Assembly: GCA_977030845.1 (NCBI GenBank)
Contig: OZ365114.1
Location: 17,794,001-17,858,000 of the forward strand
Origin: Fimbriosthenelais zetlandica
Lineage: Eukaryota
Length of the DNA stretch: 64,000 nt
Direction: 5' to 3'
Shown here: one piece after another, positions 40,736 through 54,116 of the stretch
Numbering within the stretch: the first letter of the stretch is position 1
Layout: each line of letters starts with the position of its first letter
Notes under the pieces: model-generated
The model's database searches: none
The model's input: the letters and a program-made list of their open reading frames with translations, nothing else
What the model was told of the DNA's origin: nothing
Position numbers and translations under genes: made by a program

Positions 40736-43700
40736 AAGTTCAACCTGAATCAGAAGACGAGGATGTCTCACCACAGACACCCAACGGCTACATATCTGGA
40801 GAAATTTTAGTAAAATTTCATTAAACTTAGCCAACACTGCTAAAACTTCTAAGGATATAACTGTTAGAATTGATATAACTATCAGTGTACTTTTCGATAG
40901 TAATAAGACATTAACTATACTATATTTCTTACTATTTCATTTGGAAATAGCCACCAGAGTATGCGTGATATTACAGAATACGAAATACATAACCATAACC
41001 ATGAAACTAGCACATTTTTCAGCCAGGAGCCATAACGATCCCTGGGTTATGAGGCTGCCATATTGACGTTTGTTTGTAAGATCATGGCGTCGGGTGATAA
41101 CCTTTGGTCTCTGAGGGAGTAGCTCGGAAGTAGATAGCTGCTCACCTTCCTGTCCCGCTCAGACCTCTCTCATTCTCGTACCAGATAGTACTCACATGTG
41201 TAGTGATCCTCACCCATAGTGGGCACTCAGGGGCAGAGTGGGTTTGGCTTGCTTGGGTTTTTGACTTATGTCCTGGCATTCTCGTTTGGGGTACTCTCAG
41301 ACACCATATGTGTACATCTCCAAAAATTATCCATTCCAAAGCTGGAAAACACTCCTTGGAAAAGACACAAACTTTGAGAATGTTTTAGGATCTGGAGAAG
41401 GATTTTAAGAGCGGGAGGGCTTTCCGGGAGAAAAAAGTGCAAAAACCCAGGTTGAGATAGAGTGACTGCCTAATCATGCTCTACATGTGCGTCTCACATG
41501 GTAGGCAGTCCACATGGGAAAGGTTTGATCCCATGCCAGGCAATGGTACACAACAGAGGTGTGTCACAGTTTATGTATACATACAGCATTTGTATACAAG
41601 GTCATTCTGATAAACAATAACCTCTTTACCGATGTAAAAGGAATATTGTTTAAAGCCATGAGACGATCGCAGCATGGATGCTTACCGTGGAAATCCTATA
41701 TGTTTATGATCCGGCTTAAATATCATGATATCTTAAAGTCATAAATGGTATACAGATTAAGAAACAAGAATGATCCCCACTAAAACTGTAATGTTTGTCA
41801 TTGGAAAGTGATCATTCCCATGCAGCCATAAATCTATAAATGTGAATTGATGCAATGCGGTATGTCTTTCCAACAACCGAATTACATGTATACTGCAGTA
41901 AATTAACTAATCCCAACTGATGACAAGTTGGTTGTTGGTTCAATTTGATGTTTTCTGGGCCTCAGTATTATTAGGAAACATAACTCACGACTTGTGATCA
42001 CTTCATTCAACCACTGATCATGTATTCAGAGAAACTAGCTCAAACTGTCAAAAAGATGTTACATCGGAAGAGAAATAATTCCACCTCTGTCAAAGAAACG
42101 TCACGCTTCTATGAGTCATAAAAAATGGTTCCAACCAAAGTATACAATCTGGCAATCAGGGGATTTTATATATTTATATCATAGTCATCCCATGGACAAA
42201 TAATGGGCTGTAGGCCTATCCTAGTTTGATAGTAGTCGGTACATCCAATGGTGAAGGATATAAGTTGGGAGGTTAGATAAACCACATTATTTCCTGGTTT
42301 GGCACCCTGTCTCTGACCACTCACACATGAAGCCATGTTTCCTTCCCTGTGAACATGATATATGTATATATTTACGCCTACACAAAGTTTCAGGTTTTGA
42401 AACGAGTATGAAAACGAGTAACGAGTAATACTGATCAACATATAAATTGCTCAATGGGTTTAATTGATGTAATTCCAATTTTAGCTTAAAATTTTGATTT
42501 ACTAACAACAGATCATGTCATAATACTTAAACGCAAAACTTTCATGTAAAATCTGTTACTAAGTATTTTGCCTGGGATTTCTCTGGTTATCATGAAAGCG
42601 CAGGTGAAATATACCCTCCCCCTCCGGGAAGGCTTATGGGAAGAGAAGGTTGGGGTTAAAAGATTGCTGGGAGGAAAAAGTTGGACCCCGACAGGGCACG
42701 CTAAAAACATTCCCAGCGTGAACTAAAGACGGACGCCCATTTTACACCTCGTAATTACAGGGCTAAATGCTTATGAAAGATCAGGTTCTGGGACTATATC
42801 GTATATGGGGACTGAACTGTTTTGGGGGTGCAAAAATATATTTAAAAAACCCTTTTCCATATTAAATATTATAGTAAATATATTAGCGACAAAGTTTGAG
42901 AGCAGAACTTAAACTGTTTGTTTGTTCACAAAATTCGCCAGCAGATTTTGAGACCGATATTGCATGGGTATGGAAAAGGTGAGATTGGAATCCATGTCAG
43001 GCATAATACACACACTGTTCCTAACCACTTGGACTAGCAGAGCAGATAAATTTTATGCAAGGACACTTGACAAAAACTTGGCAACATGGTCCCTCGTCTG
43101 GAATTGCATTTCAAGTTCTCATGTTCTGCCACTCGATTCTGAACAAGATGGTTTTTACAGACCGTAACTTGGTGCCTATTGTCTTTTTCCATGTTCACAC
43201 GACCTCGTTGAGAAAGGGTCTGTTTTAGACTTCAGTCAACTTCGATTCTTAGCTGATAGAGGAGTGTCTTGTCATGGTAAAATATTGAAGCGTGCATTAG
43301 GTGCCTTCATAGGCACTCTTGCGTAATAGATCACTAGCTTACTGGACCTATGTCTTCAATATTTTTATTTTGAGCATGGACGTTAAATTCTAAATTATAA
43401 TTTAAATTCAATGACTTAAAGTAAAATTCTGTGAAGTAAGCCCAGTAACAAGGAAATAAACTTAGCTTTATATACAGTCTGTTGTAGTTGTGTTCAACAA
43501 ATGAAATGCCATGGAATAAGGATGTGGTCGGAGGAGTGCTGATTGGGCAGAAAGTTAAAACTAATGATCAGAGGTAAAAGATTTATCCCCATGGATTCAA
43601 AGAACCGACATTTTAATGCGTCTCAAATAGGGCAAGGGAGGGAAAGGAAAATATCAGAAGTCACAATCCTAAAATTAAACAGGAACGGTTGTAACTAGAC

Positions 43701-46065
43701 CACAACAGCCCACACATTCTTGGGTGTAGGGTTTAAGTCTGCGGTGACTTGAATATCCTCTAGTTGGCTTGCATCACGTCCCATTGAAAAAGGGTGGAGA
43801 AAGTGAAATGGGAGTAAGCGGGAGGGGGTGGGGTGATCATGGGCCGCCCGGCCTTTTCAGGGAGTGCACAAAGAGGTAAAAAGAAACCAAACCATTCATA
43901 CCTGGTTCTAATATTTCCACTCTCTGCCTAGAAATGCCAGGAAATCTTTTTCAAACGCTGGCTTCCATCTCACCCAGCATTTCCTGGAGACTTCTGACCC
44001 CTGATCACCTCTGACCCGGGACATCTGTTTCCCGGTAGGAGGAGTGGGAGAAGTCAGCCGCCCCAAGCCACCCCCGGCGCCAGTCCCTATGAGGGCAATG
44101 GTACATTTGGAAACCATGAAAATGTGTAAAAGATGTACTGCAATGCAATAGGTTCGTGTTTGGATATTAATAGGCCTAACCATTATGAACATATGAAATC
44201 ATTTCTCACTGACAGATCTCAATGATGTGATTTTATTTTTTCAGTCCATGTTATATTCTCTGTGATTTATTCAGCAAGTTGACAGAAATAGATATTTGCC
44301 TCATACTCGGTAAAACAACACAGAAATCTGTACAGGGCTGGGTCCAAAGATGATTGTCTAGTATCAACAAAGTCCTGCTCATGTAAGTGGGATTAGACAT
44401 TCCAGTGAGGATCCAAGCATTCACTGGCGACAGTTTTTCGTACTATATCTTTAAAATCCTGGATTTCAAACAAAAAATCTTCATTTGAATGGTGTTTTTA
44501 AACACTAATGGAAGTTCAGGTGTGCCTTTTAAATATGTGAAAGGAAACTTGTAAAAGGGCATTATTCGCATTGTCAAGCATGACATCCGCGTGGACAAAG
44601 GAGAAAACAGAAATAATGGGTTGGGATGAAATATATGAGGGGACATAAAAATGGCAGCTTGATCGATAAGCTTACTCTACTTAGATCGAGTCAACAGCTT
44701 CAGACTGACCAAGTGAGCTCACTCAAATACTTATCAGAGATTAAGTGTTTCAAGGGAGGCAGTTAGGGTGAGGGTGCTGAAAGCATTAACCCCAGCCCTA
44801 CTCAGGAACACATGATGATATGAGACAATCTTCCCCATTAATCAGCAATCAAGGATCAGATCATTCCTTGCGTGTAATGACCCATAGAAAACCGAGAAAA
44901 TCCATTTCAACTTAACTAATTGATTCAACGATTTCAAAAGTAAATTTTCGGATCTCTGAGCATCGTATTCGACTATAACATTGGAGATTTCATATTAAAT
45001 AGTTGGTGGTATGGGATGGCTCTTCCACATAGGTAGATCCATAAAATAGATATAGGCCTATACATGTGCACAATACTGTACATGTCCAATAAGGCACTTA
45101 GTATAGAAGGGATGAATGTATAGTCAAAATACAGCCAAGGAGAATGTACACAGAGTGGTGGGGAGTCCTCCTCAGATCTCTCTGATTGAGCACTGTGGGA
45201 CGCTAGTCTAACATGAACCGCCTGCCTACCATATACCACTAGTCTCTGGAGGAGGAGATATGGGTGGGAGGGTGTCAGTGAACACTCTCACCCCCTCCCC
45301 TCCCTACCTCTCTCTATCCTCACTCTCTCTCTCAGTCTTGATCACACACGTTTCAATAGAGGAGGTGTGGTTAGAAGGAGGAGTTGGTAGAGGAGGATGT
45401 TGTCACCCCACATCCGACACCACTGGAACTTATCCACGAGAAAGACACACTACCAGAGAGGAGTAAAAGAGTAGTAGTAGAGAGGAGGAGGAGCAAGGCA
45501 GAGGAGAAGCGGCCCAGCTGTTCACGTAGTAGTATACATGGGACTGTAGTAGACCATTCAATCATGCTTTGCTAAAGCATGGAGTACATGTAGATGATAC
45601 TACTCCTGGATATTCATAACATTCATGGTCTGATCAAGGACCAGACGGAATTGATTTCCTTCCATTATCAATATCTGTTGCGGCATGTGTAATGAAAAGG
45701 GAAATTCGAGATAAGAAAGATAATACAGGACTGGAGAGACGAGGGAATTAGTATCTAAGCGTTTCTGTTTAATGAGTGGACGCCCACATATATACTCATT
45801 CCTTATCTGTGAGGTGTAGATCTACTATTCCTGGAATATAATATGGTATAATGGGGCCAGGAGGATAGGCAGGAACTGTGATAAGATATATCTTTCAAAA
45901 AAGGATTTACATTCTAACACAAAGCTCACAAACACTGGAAATCAGATCCTGAAAGTTATACCTCGGGATGGTCCTTGATTTAATGGATGTTATAAACCTT
46001 GGATATATAAGAATTCTACAATTTTCGGGGGAATTTTAGTGAAGAAACTTAACTTTTAGTTCACA

Positions 46066-49000
46066 ATGGCTACAGGCAGAGAATACTGGAGGAATATTGC
46101 ACAGATAAGAGCTGAGGAGACCATAGGCCTGGTGGCTACACGGAGCAAGACAGAAGGTAAGCATCCTTCCCTTAACATGTCAACAAGCAGTAGTATGCTC
46201 TCTCCAGTACAAGTACTCCATGCTCCCTTCTTTCATTTTTCTTTACATTTGCCATGTAGAAGAAAAAGCATCTGAACCTCCTTGGAGCGATTCCCAGTAA
46301 ACACTGAACTCATATTTAAGTGAACGTATCGTGTTCAGTCCTAATTTCACGACATGGAAAACAAACTTGAGTTATGTTTGGGATGTTCTAAATATCTTTT
46401 TCCCAATACCATGGATTTTATGAAAGACCACACCATCAGAGATAATGGCGTAAATATCATAATAGAGATCAGACCATCAGATTACGGCGTACATAATCAT
46501 AATAGAGATTATGACGATATAATTAATGGTAAAGCTTATTACAATTTCATTAATTGCAAAGCTTAAGAAAATTATGTTTTTTAATACCATCAGGCATGGA
46601 TTTTATGACAGACCATCAGAGATTATATTATGGCCTACATATATCAGAATAGAGATTTTATGACAACATATATACCAGAACTGTGCCAGATTTTAAAGAG
46701 AATACAGGTCAGGATATGAGAGAGTGATGCTTTAAGATCTTAACAAGAAAACTCACTCAACCGTATCACTTTGTAATTCGCCAAACTCAATCCAAACATT
46801 GTAAGTATACACAGGGAGCACTTTATGGAAGTGACATGAATGCATGGAATGACCTGGCGGGGGCATGGCACGATCTTTTGATGAAGTTGATATAAAAGAC
46901 GGTCAAAGCTCCTATTGAATGTGTGTTGAGAGGTCTTTAGCCCTTTAAAGCTCTTGTGGTATGCAGTACTTACAAAGTAGCCATTGGTGACTGGAGATGA
47001 AATGTTCTCAACAATAGATCCACCAGAGCAATCATGTCTTCTTTTAGAGAAAAACTCCTGGAAATTCTGAGAAAATAATGGAGTCATCAACTGGTGGAAA
47101 TCTCCGAGTGGATCCTGAGCTTAAAGGGCCATAATACTGATCGATGTTTTAATGTTTTCGAGGATCGATCAGGACCTAGTCAATGCCTATAGTGACTATA
47201 TACCGGACTATAGTACCAAAAATATAGGGAGACATTCAAGAACATTGACCTGTCTGTGATATATACATTGAGTTGAAAGAGTAAGTTGTGGGAGAGTGTG
47301 ATATTGCGTGTCTACTGGACATCAATTAGGGCCAGGCCTCGGGACGTAATATTCAAATATTTCATGCCTTCCTACATGAAAGAATGAGCTGTAATATGAT
47401 AATGCCTTGTCATGGATACTCGGGCGCGAAATCTAGACACATCCCCCACGTTATGGCTGAGAGAGTGGCTGAGGAAAGTCATATAGGAAATCATATATTT
47501 GGAAAATTCTCGGAGAGAATGCATGTCTCCAGTCAACTCTCTTTCAGTACATTTTAAAAAGTTTAAATATCTAATCAGGGATTAAAACTGCTCGAATAAG
47601 GATGATTCAATCTGAATATAAGATTTTATTGAATAAAAGGGGCTATCCAATGTAATAAATCAATACTATCCATTCAATATCTCACCAAACTTATCTGGCT
47701 CTCTCATACCCAGACTAACAATCTGATGTTTCCTCTATATATCAACTTAGCCAAGTGTACCCCATGCAATATAGCACAATTAATACATAACATAGAAGAG
47801 ATCCATTCCATTAATCTAGCTTGGATATTTGCCAGGTCAGTCCATGTAAAAATCTAAATTAACCGAGTAAGTCACATAAACTCTCCGGAATACTCCAGAA
47901 CAATTATCTATCCGTTTTCTTCTTTTTATTAATCTACTTATTTATTGACATACATATATGGGCCTTCTTTAATCATTCCCTTATTTATTTTCTACTGCGC
48001 AAGCCCTCTTACTCATGAATCATTTTGGTGGATTTTTAATTGTTTTTTTTCTTTCGTCTCTTAAGTGAGGCATGTCATACCAGGAGATAGTTATGGAGAG
48101 TGACAAATGTCCGTGGACCTCTCGGAGTATACATGTTGACATAAAGTGGTGACATAGCTTATGATTGTGTCATGCTGTACACCCTGATTGTTTCGCAAAG
48201 TATCTGCTGCCCTGGTCAGAATTAAAGGCTCTTTTCTAAAATGTTCTCTTTAAAATCAGTTTCATGCAGAGCAATATACCAAAAAAATATTAATTTTATT
48301 ATGACACCAAAAGTTTTATCGGCAATGATTTGCCAATTGCAAATTTATTACATGTTAATCAGCACTCTGTAAAAGCTCAGGCACGAAATTAGTAATTTTT
48401 ATTTTACAAACCCTCACAACTTTACAAGTATATATGTATGCATATTGCGAGAGACTATATGAAATGATATACAGTGTCTATATGTTATATATAATGGTTA
48501 TATGAGTCAGAGGTTCACTCACACTTTCACGGTGGCTGGCGACCAATGGTGAGGTATAGCAATGGGAGGGCAATATGTCTGTATGTGGACATGTAAAGCT
48601 GTATGAATGCCAGCTCAGGTATGAGTCAGAGAATGAATGGATGCCCATGTCACTCAGTAAATAATTCATCCTTACATCTCTCTATATCATACATTGCTCC
48701 CCACATGTCTTTGCCAAAACTAATACAGTACAGGGATGGCTTTGATGAGTGCTATCATAATTATCTCAGGACTGAATGCCCTAATGGACAGTCCTCAATT
48801 AGCACCTCCCAGTATCACCTCCAGTGTTAACTATATCAATGAAGGTCATGATTATTTAATGTCATAATTCAGTGAAATTGACTTGTGTTCTTTTCATGTC
48901 CTTGGGATGAAAATATAGGACATGACATCATTGGATGGTTCCTGGTAGAAATTTCGTAAAAATTCAGGGAACAAAAATGTGAATAAATTGTCATGCAGGC

Positions 49001-52000
49001 GCCATTTGTTCTATAATATTGATCAACTGTTCATCAATTTGTTATATTGTACATACGGTGATTGACTTGTTTGCCTGGCGACTGCTAATGGAAAATTAAG
49101 GAAATCCATTAGTCACAAAATGTTGTATTTCCCATCAATATTACTGATGCATTAGCTACACGAATTTCACCTGCTTTAACAACGTTTGTGAATGTTGACA
49201 TGACAAATGGGATCATTCATTAATGGTCAGACACACTAGAGCAATTCTTCTAACATTTGGCAAAGGCTAAATCTGAATAAAGTGTGACTTTCAACTGCTG
49301 AAACTATCCAGGCACCCTATATCATGCAGGGAAATAATTCTGGCCACTGCGTCCATTTTATGTGGTTTTTAAATGACGTCTAATGGTCAATTCGTATAAA
49401 AATTGATTCAGTATGCTTTAGACTTCCACATGGCGTTCACTGGTGTGACAATATTTATGATTGCCCCAGGGAAGCTGAATCACTTTCCAATGTCAATATC
49501 ATCTCAAATGCGAGCCAAAAAAGGCCAAATATTTATGATATTCAGATGGATCGATTCAATGCTTGCTTCAAATTCTCATCTGCTGGCAGATTTACAATAT
49601 TGTTACTATAGGTTAAACTATATGAACTGATCAAGAATAGGCTATATTCATTTCCACTTTCAGATTTAAAAACGCAACTATAATGGTAGTAAAATAAAGG
49701 GTCGTAGCAGTAAAATAATGGGTTGTTTGGTGCACAAACTATCCTGCCCAGCCCCCAACCATTGAGGCATTCTCTCACCCCTGGGTGTCGCATGAATAAT
49801 GGCATCTTCTTTGGACATAAGATTAATGTTAGGTACCGTCATGATGAGACCCACATGGAAGAGTCATCTCTCTCACTAGTGTTTTGTTACACAATACATT
49901 CCTATGTATTGCCACATGTTTTTCTTCCTATTGATGTTATATATTTTTTCCAATGATCCATATCGTGGAAGCTTTGATCCAGCATATCTCCAGGACTAGC
50001 CCATGTATGATTCTCTGTTGTCCTGTCATACTCTTTCAACATAAATCATTTATTTTTTTTGTCTGCTTTGGTTTTTCTTCATCCTCAACATGCCACGTGT
50101 TGGGTGTCATGTCCAAGCCAAACAGGAAACAGATGGCACAAAAAATTGAATATGGAATGGGGAAGGGTTGTCTAGAAAACGTTACAATTCAGGAAAACAA
50201 ATAAATAATATATAACACTTGAAGACGTTGAGGCCTTCAGTAAGCCATGGTCAATGCCAGGATAGCATTGTTCAGCATGTTCAAGTTTGCAGCAAGTTTA
50301 ATACTGTTAGAAACATGATTGAAGAAATCAAATTACATGTGAATGTGTAATAAAAGTAAATACGAGTGAACTAAGAAGGGTGGGCTTGGGAGGAGGTGAA
50401 TTTCCATCCTGTAGAATGGCCTTCATATAGAAGAATTGATCAAAGATTTTCATTTTTTATATTTCAGTTCCGCTCAAATCCGTCACCTGCCATGTGACGA
50501 TCCACGGTTTTATCGCAGACGTTGAGGCTATTCTACATTATGAGGCTGAGTCTCGGGATGACAGTGACACTGTGTTTGTCTTTCCTTTGGAAAATGGAAG
50601 TACGGTCTACAGTTTCACTACCCGAATCAACGACAGACTTCTGGTGGGGGAATGCCAGACAAAATACGCTGTAAGTCTGACCACAAATAATGTAGAAACA
50701 CTAAGATATTTCCCTCAAAATTGCTCCTTCAACGGAAAAGCTTCTCCCTCTACATGCTACAAAATCAGTTGGCATTGTTCTAGTGGTATATATGCCCTTC
50801 ATTGGAAGGCACCCATAGGAACTACATTGCCCAGGGTATGGTAGTTAATGCTCCTGACCCCAGATATTAATGGCAGCATATATGTTCTATATGAAAATGG
50901 CATAAAACAAGGTGATCTGCCCTCCATGAAGTTTGGACCCTCATAACCAAGATGCTGGTAATTCAGGCTTATTTAGGAGGGGGCAAACAAGAGGGCATGG
51001 CACCCCGCATGTTCCCAACTCAACTAATATTTCTCAAATACCCCCATGGAGCAATTAGGGAAAGGCCCCCAAAAAAGTCGGATATTATGGGTCTTTTAAA
51101 CTATATGAAACAGGCATTTAATGGTCAATATGTTACGTATTTCCCACAATAGAACAATATATTTTTTTCATTTTACATGTACAATATGCCTGAGACATGA
51201 AGGTATAAGTGCCCAAAAATCCTAGGTATACATGTAATGATTTGTATACATTATCTGTTATATTTGACGGTAATTTATGGCCGACTCTGACCTCTAAAGG
51301 GAAAATTGCTCCAGATTTTAATTTGGGTGAAAACCTTATGTCATATGTTGGCCTCATAAATCCAATAGTAAGAGTGTTTTTGCCATTGATTATGATTAAA
51401 TGTGCCTTTACCCCATAGGTCAAATGCCTCGTTGAAATGCCTAGTACTGCAATCAAGAAAAACTCTGCGATAAATTGGGGCCTAACTTTTGTATAAAACA
51501 TCCAAGTTGAAAAGTCATGGGAAAGGACAACAAACAGAATGAAATACACAAATTTGTATTTCAGAAACTGCGGGGAAATATATAACAAAATCCTAGCGAA
51601 AAAAGATCCCTCACAATTTCCATTTCGCCCTATATTGAACATACATTTAAGACTGCTCTGGAGCAAAGAACATGACCTCCCTTGATGCTAAGTTTCACCA
51701 TGTATGACTAATTCAAAACTAGCCAATTGTCCTATTCCTGATACCAGTATATATACACGATGCTCTAGGTGAACTACTCTAAAGTCAACATTAATCTGTG
51801 AAGCCTATTGTTGTTAATAATATCCATCATATATTCCCTGACCACCAGGCCTTGAGGCGGTACACAGACACGGTGGAGGAGGGTCACCCAGCGGCCATGT
51901 TGATTTTAGAGGAGACGGAGAATAACAGTACCTTCCGGTGTGGGGTAGGTCCCATCCCACCCCTTACTCCAGTCATCATCAGACTCAATTACGTCCAGGA

Positions 52001-52628
52001 GCTCCTCATTGGGGTGGATAAGGGGGTGCATTTTACCCTCCCATCTCTGATGAATCCAGCCCAAAGGCCAGTCATAGGAGGTGGGTATATTCAGCAGATC
52101 AGAATATGAGATCAAACATTGTTTTTGATGGTAAAAAAACTACTATTCATCTCTTGCATTCTTTCTGATGGTAAAATAAATAAATCTCTTGCAAGAGAAA
52201 AAGTATAACTTTGGTAAATGTTCTGTAACGGATTTGTATATTAGATGGCAGCTATTACCCACATGTCCAACATTTTACCACATGTCCAGATCTATGTTAA
52301 CCTCTGATGAGTAATGCCAACACATTGCACCATTTCTGTCATGAACTAGAGACCCATAAATACACAAATGCCAACGTTTTTGCTCTACTTATGTCATTTC
52401 CATCCAGGTTTTCAAAGGCAATGGTCTCTAATGAGTCAGAGCACCCTGAGTCGGAGCACCCTGAACAGGAGCAGTCTGAGACCAGGATTCCTCGCCACGC
52501 CCCGACACATCCCCTCAGCACTCGACTTCGAGCTAGAGGTCAGAGGTCAATATAAGGTCATGGCCATCAAGACGCCACGTGACCAACTGACAGGGTCTTT
52601 CCTCAACCAGGAGGACACACATGTAAAG
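46066..52628 (+). CDS. VIT-domain protein, VWA5A-like; first four coding exons (gene presumably continues beyond the window)
   Basis: Exons 46066-46156, 50468-50670, 51849-52080, 52408-52628 join in phase: ...IGLVATRSKTEVPLKSVTCHVTIHGFIADVEAILHY...VFVFPLENGSTVYSFTTRINDRLLVGECQ...FRCGVGPIPP...IRLNYVQEL...FTLPSLMNP. This matches the VIT consensus (VPLKS, F.FP, F...VG.L.P, I...Y..EL). Confidence 0.85.
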
Positions 52629-52705
52629 GTAATCATCATGAAGATGGTATTAGCATGCGGGATGTTACGCATATATATAAGCAATGAAATGTGTGATAGG
52701 CCTAC

Positions 52706-53555
52706 TGTAGTGACCCACGGGAAATAAAGACCGACAAATAATTAGTATTCGTACCGGACCTTGACATTTATTAAACCACAGATACTAACAAGACATTTGC
52801 AGGCTGTTTTGGCAGACGCACAAAAGAGAACCAGTGGTAGTCAAGCAACCACACTTCTTACAGAGTCAACGGATGCGGTCGGTTCCAATCCCGTTCCGGG
52901 AACGAGATATGGATCCGGCCGGCATCCGGCAAGCTACTTAAATGGAAGTGATATACTCCATGCCGGTTGAGCCGAAGACCTTGATGTCTTCAGCCCGGCA
53001 AAGGAGTAATCCTGAATCTCTATTAGCTGATTACATCGAAATACCTGAAAGCAACCTCTGGTATAACGTCAATGCAAACATAAGGTTAATGGTTCACTAA
53101 CTCCTAGGAATTCGGAGTTCGGAACCCCTAGAAAAACTACTAGGAACCCTTGGAACCCACAGGCACACTGGGAACCCTTATACAAAGTGACCAAGGTCCT
53201 ACTGAAATGACTATTCCATACAGCATTATGGTGTAGGAATGAAAGTAGTTAAATAAAATAAGTTATTATACATCAAGTTGCATGATTTAGCATAAGTGTA
53301 AATACAAATGTAGACAGCAAGCACACTTCTAGGATTAAGCTATTAACATGAGCATGACATTGTGAAAGTTTATAGCTTAAGAGAGAGTGAAATGTTTATA
53401 ATGAAAATAATAACTACAAAAAAGCATAGCAGCAAAGCGCGCGTACTAGCTGACGGGCAGGTGTTGAACTAAATAAGCACTCAGGTGAGACAAAGATGCT
53501 AGTACTGTAGACTGTCTATAGAGGTAGCAGCGGCAGAGGCACTGAATTCATTACA
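52706..53555 (-). repeat. 3' LTR (850 bp), termini TGTAATGA...TCACTACA
   Basis: TG...CA ends with 7/8 terminal inverted match; directly abuts the polypurine tract; left end identical to 63930-64000. Confidence 0.9.
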
Positions 53556-53567
53556 ATGCCCCCTTCT
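53556..53567 (-). promoter_or_regulatory. Polypurine tract (plus-strand primer) AGAAGGGGGCA
   Basis: Purine run immediately upstream of the 3' LTR TG on the minus strand. Confidence 0.85.
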
Positions 53568-54116
53568 AACTTCGGACGGAGAACACCACGTTCGTAGTCC
53601 CGCTGAAGTGACAAGAGTCTATAGTTCATGGCGAAGCCGCGTTCTGACAGTACAGGAATGAAGTGTCTTTGTTAACAAACGATGCGAGGGCAAGCCCGAG
53701 AACTGGAATACACAATGTTCTTGTAGATGGTGATGGAGGGATCACTGTCTATATGACTAAGGAAATACTACGTGGAAAGTCTGAGTCCGGCGAAATGTTT
53801 ACTAATACTATAAGGTTCTATGATGACTAACACACAGTCCTGAAAAGGACTCCCCTGGGTTTCACAAGGGTACGAATCCTACAAACTCCACACTCGTGCA
53901 CAAAGAGTGCCCGAACCCGGGGTGGAAGACGATCCAACGACGGCCGACGAGCTCCTAGCCAAGCCATGCTCACAGAGAACAACGGTGAACAAGATGGCGG
54001 ATGAAGACGATGAGGAGAGATGGTGGACCAGCCACGCTATCTCAGCTGTCACACATGGCACGGATGAGGTGAAAGAGAAGAGTGCCGGGCCGGCAAGAGG
54101 ATGGAAGGATGCCGGG

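Noticed and set aside
44245-44383. Coding exon upstream of the VWA5A-like start
   Set aside because: Good AG/GT signals on the plus strand but stops in all three frames; at most a non-coding exon, and unsupported.
47121-47558. Kolobok-like TTAA-flanked element starting ttaaagggcc
   Set aside because: The terminal inverted match is too weak to define a right end.
51133-51666. 177-aa minus-strand protein
   Set aside because: Intronic, no recognisable motif, non-ATG start; probably an open frame within an AT-rich non-autonomous repeat (~50986-51780) whose family I could not establish.
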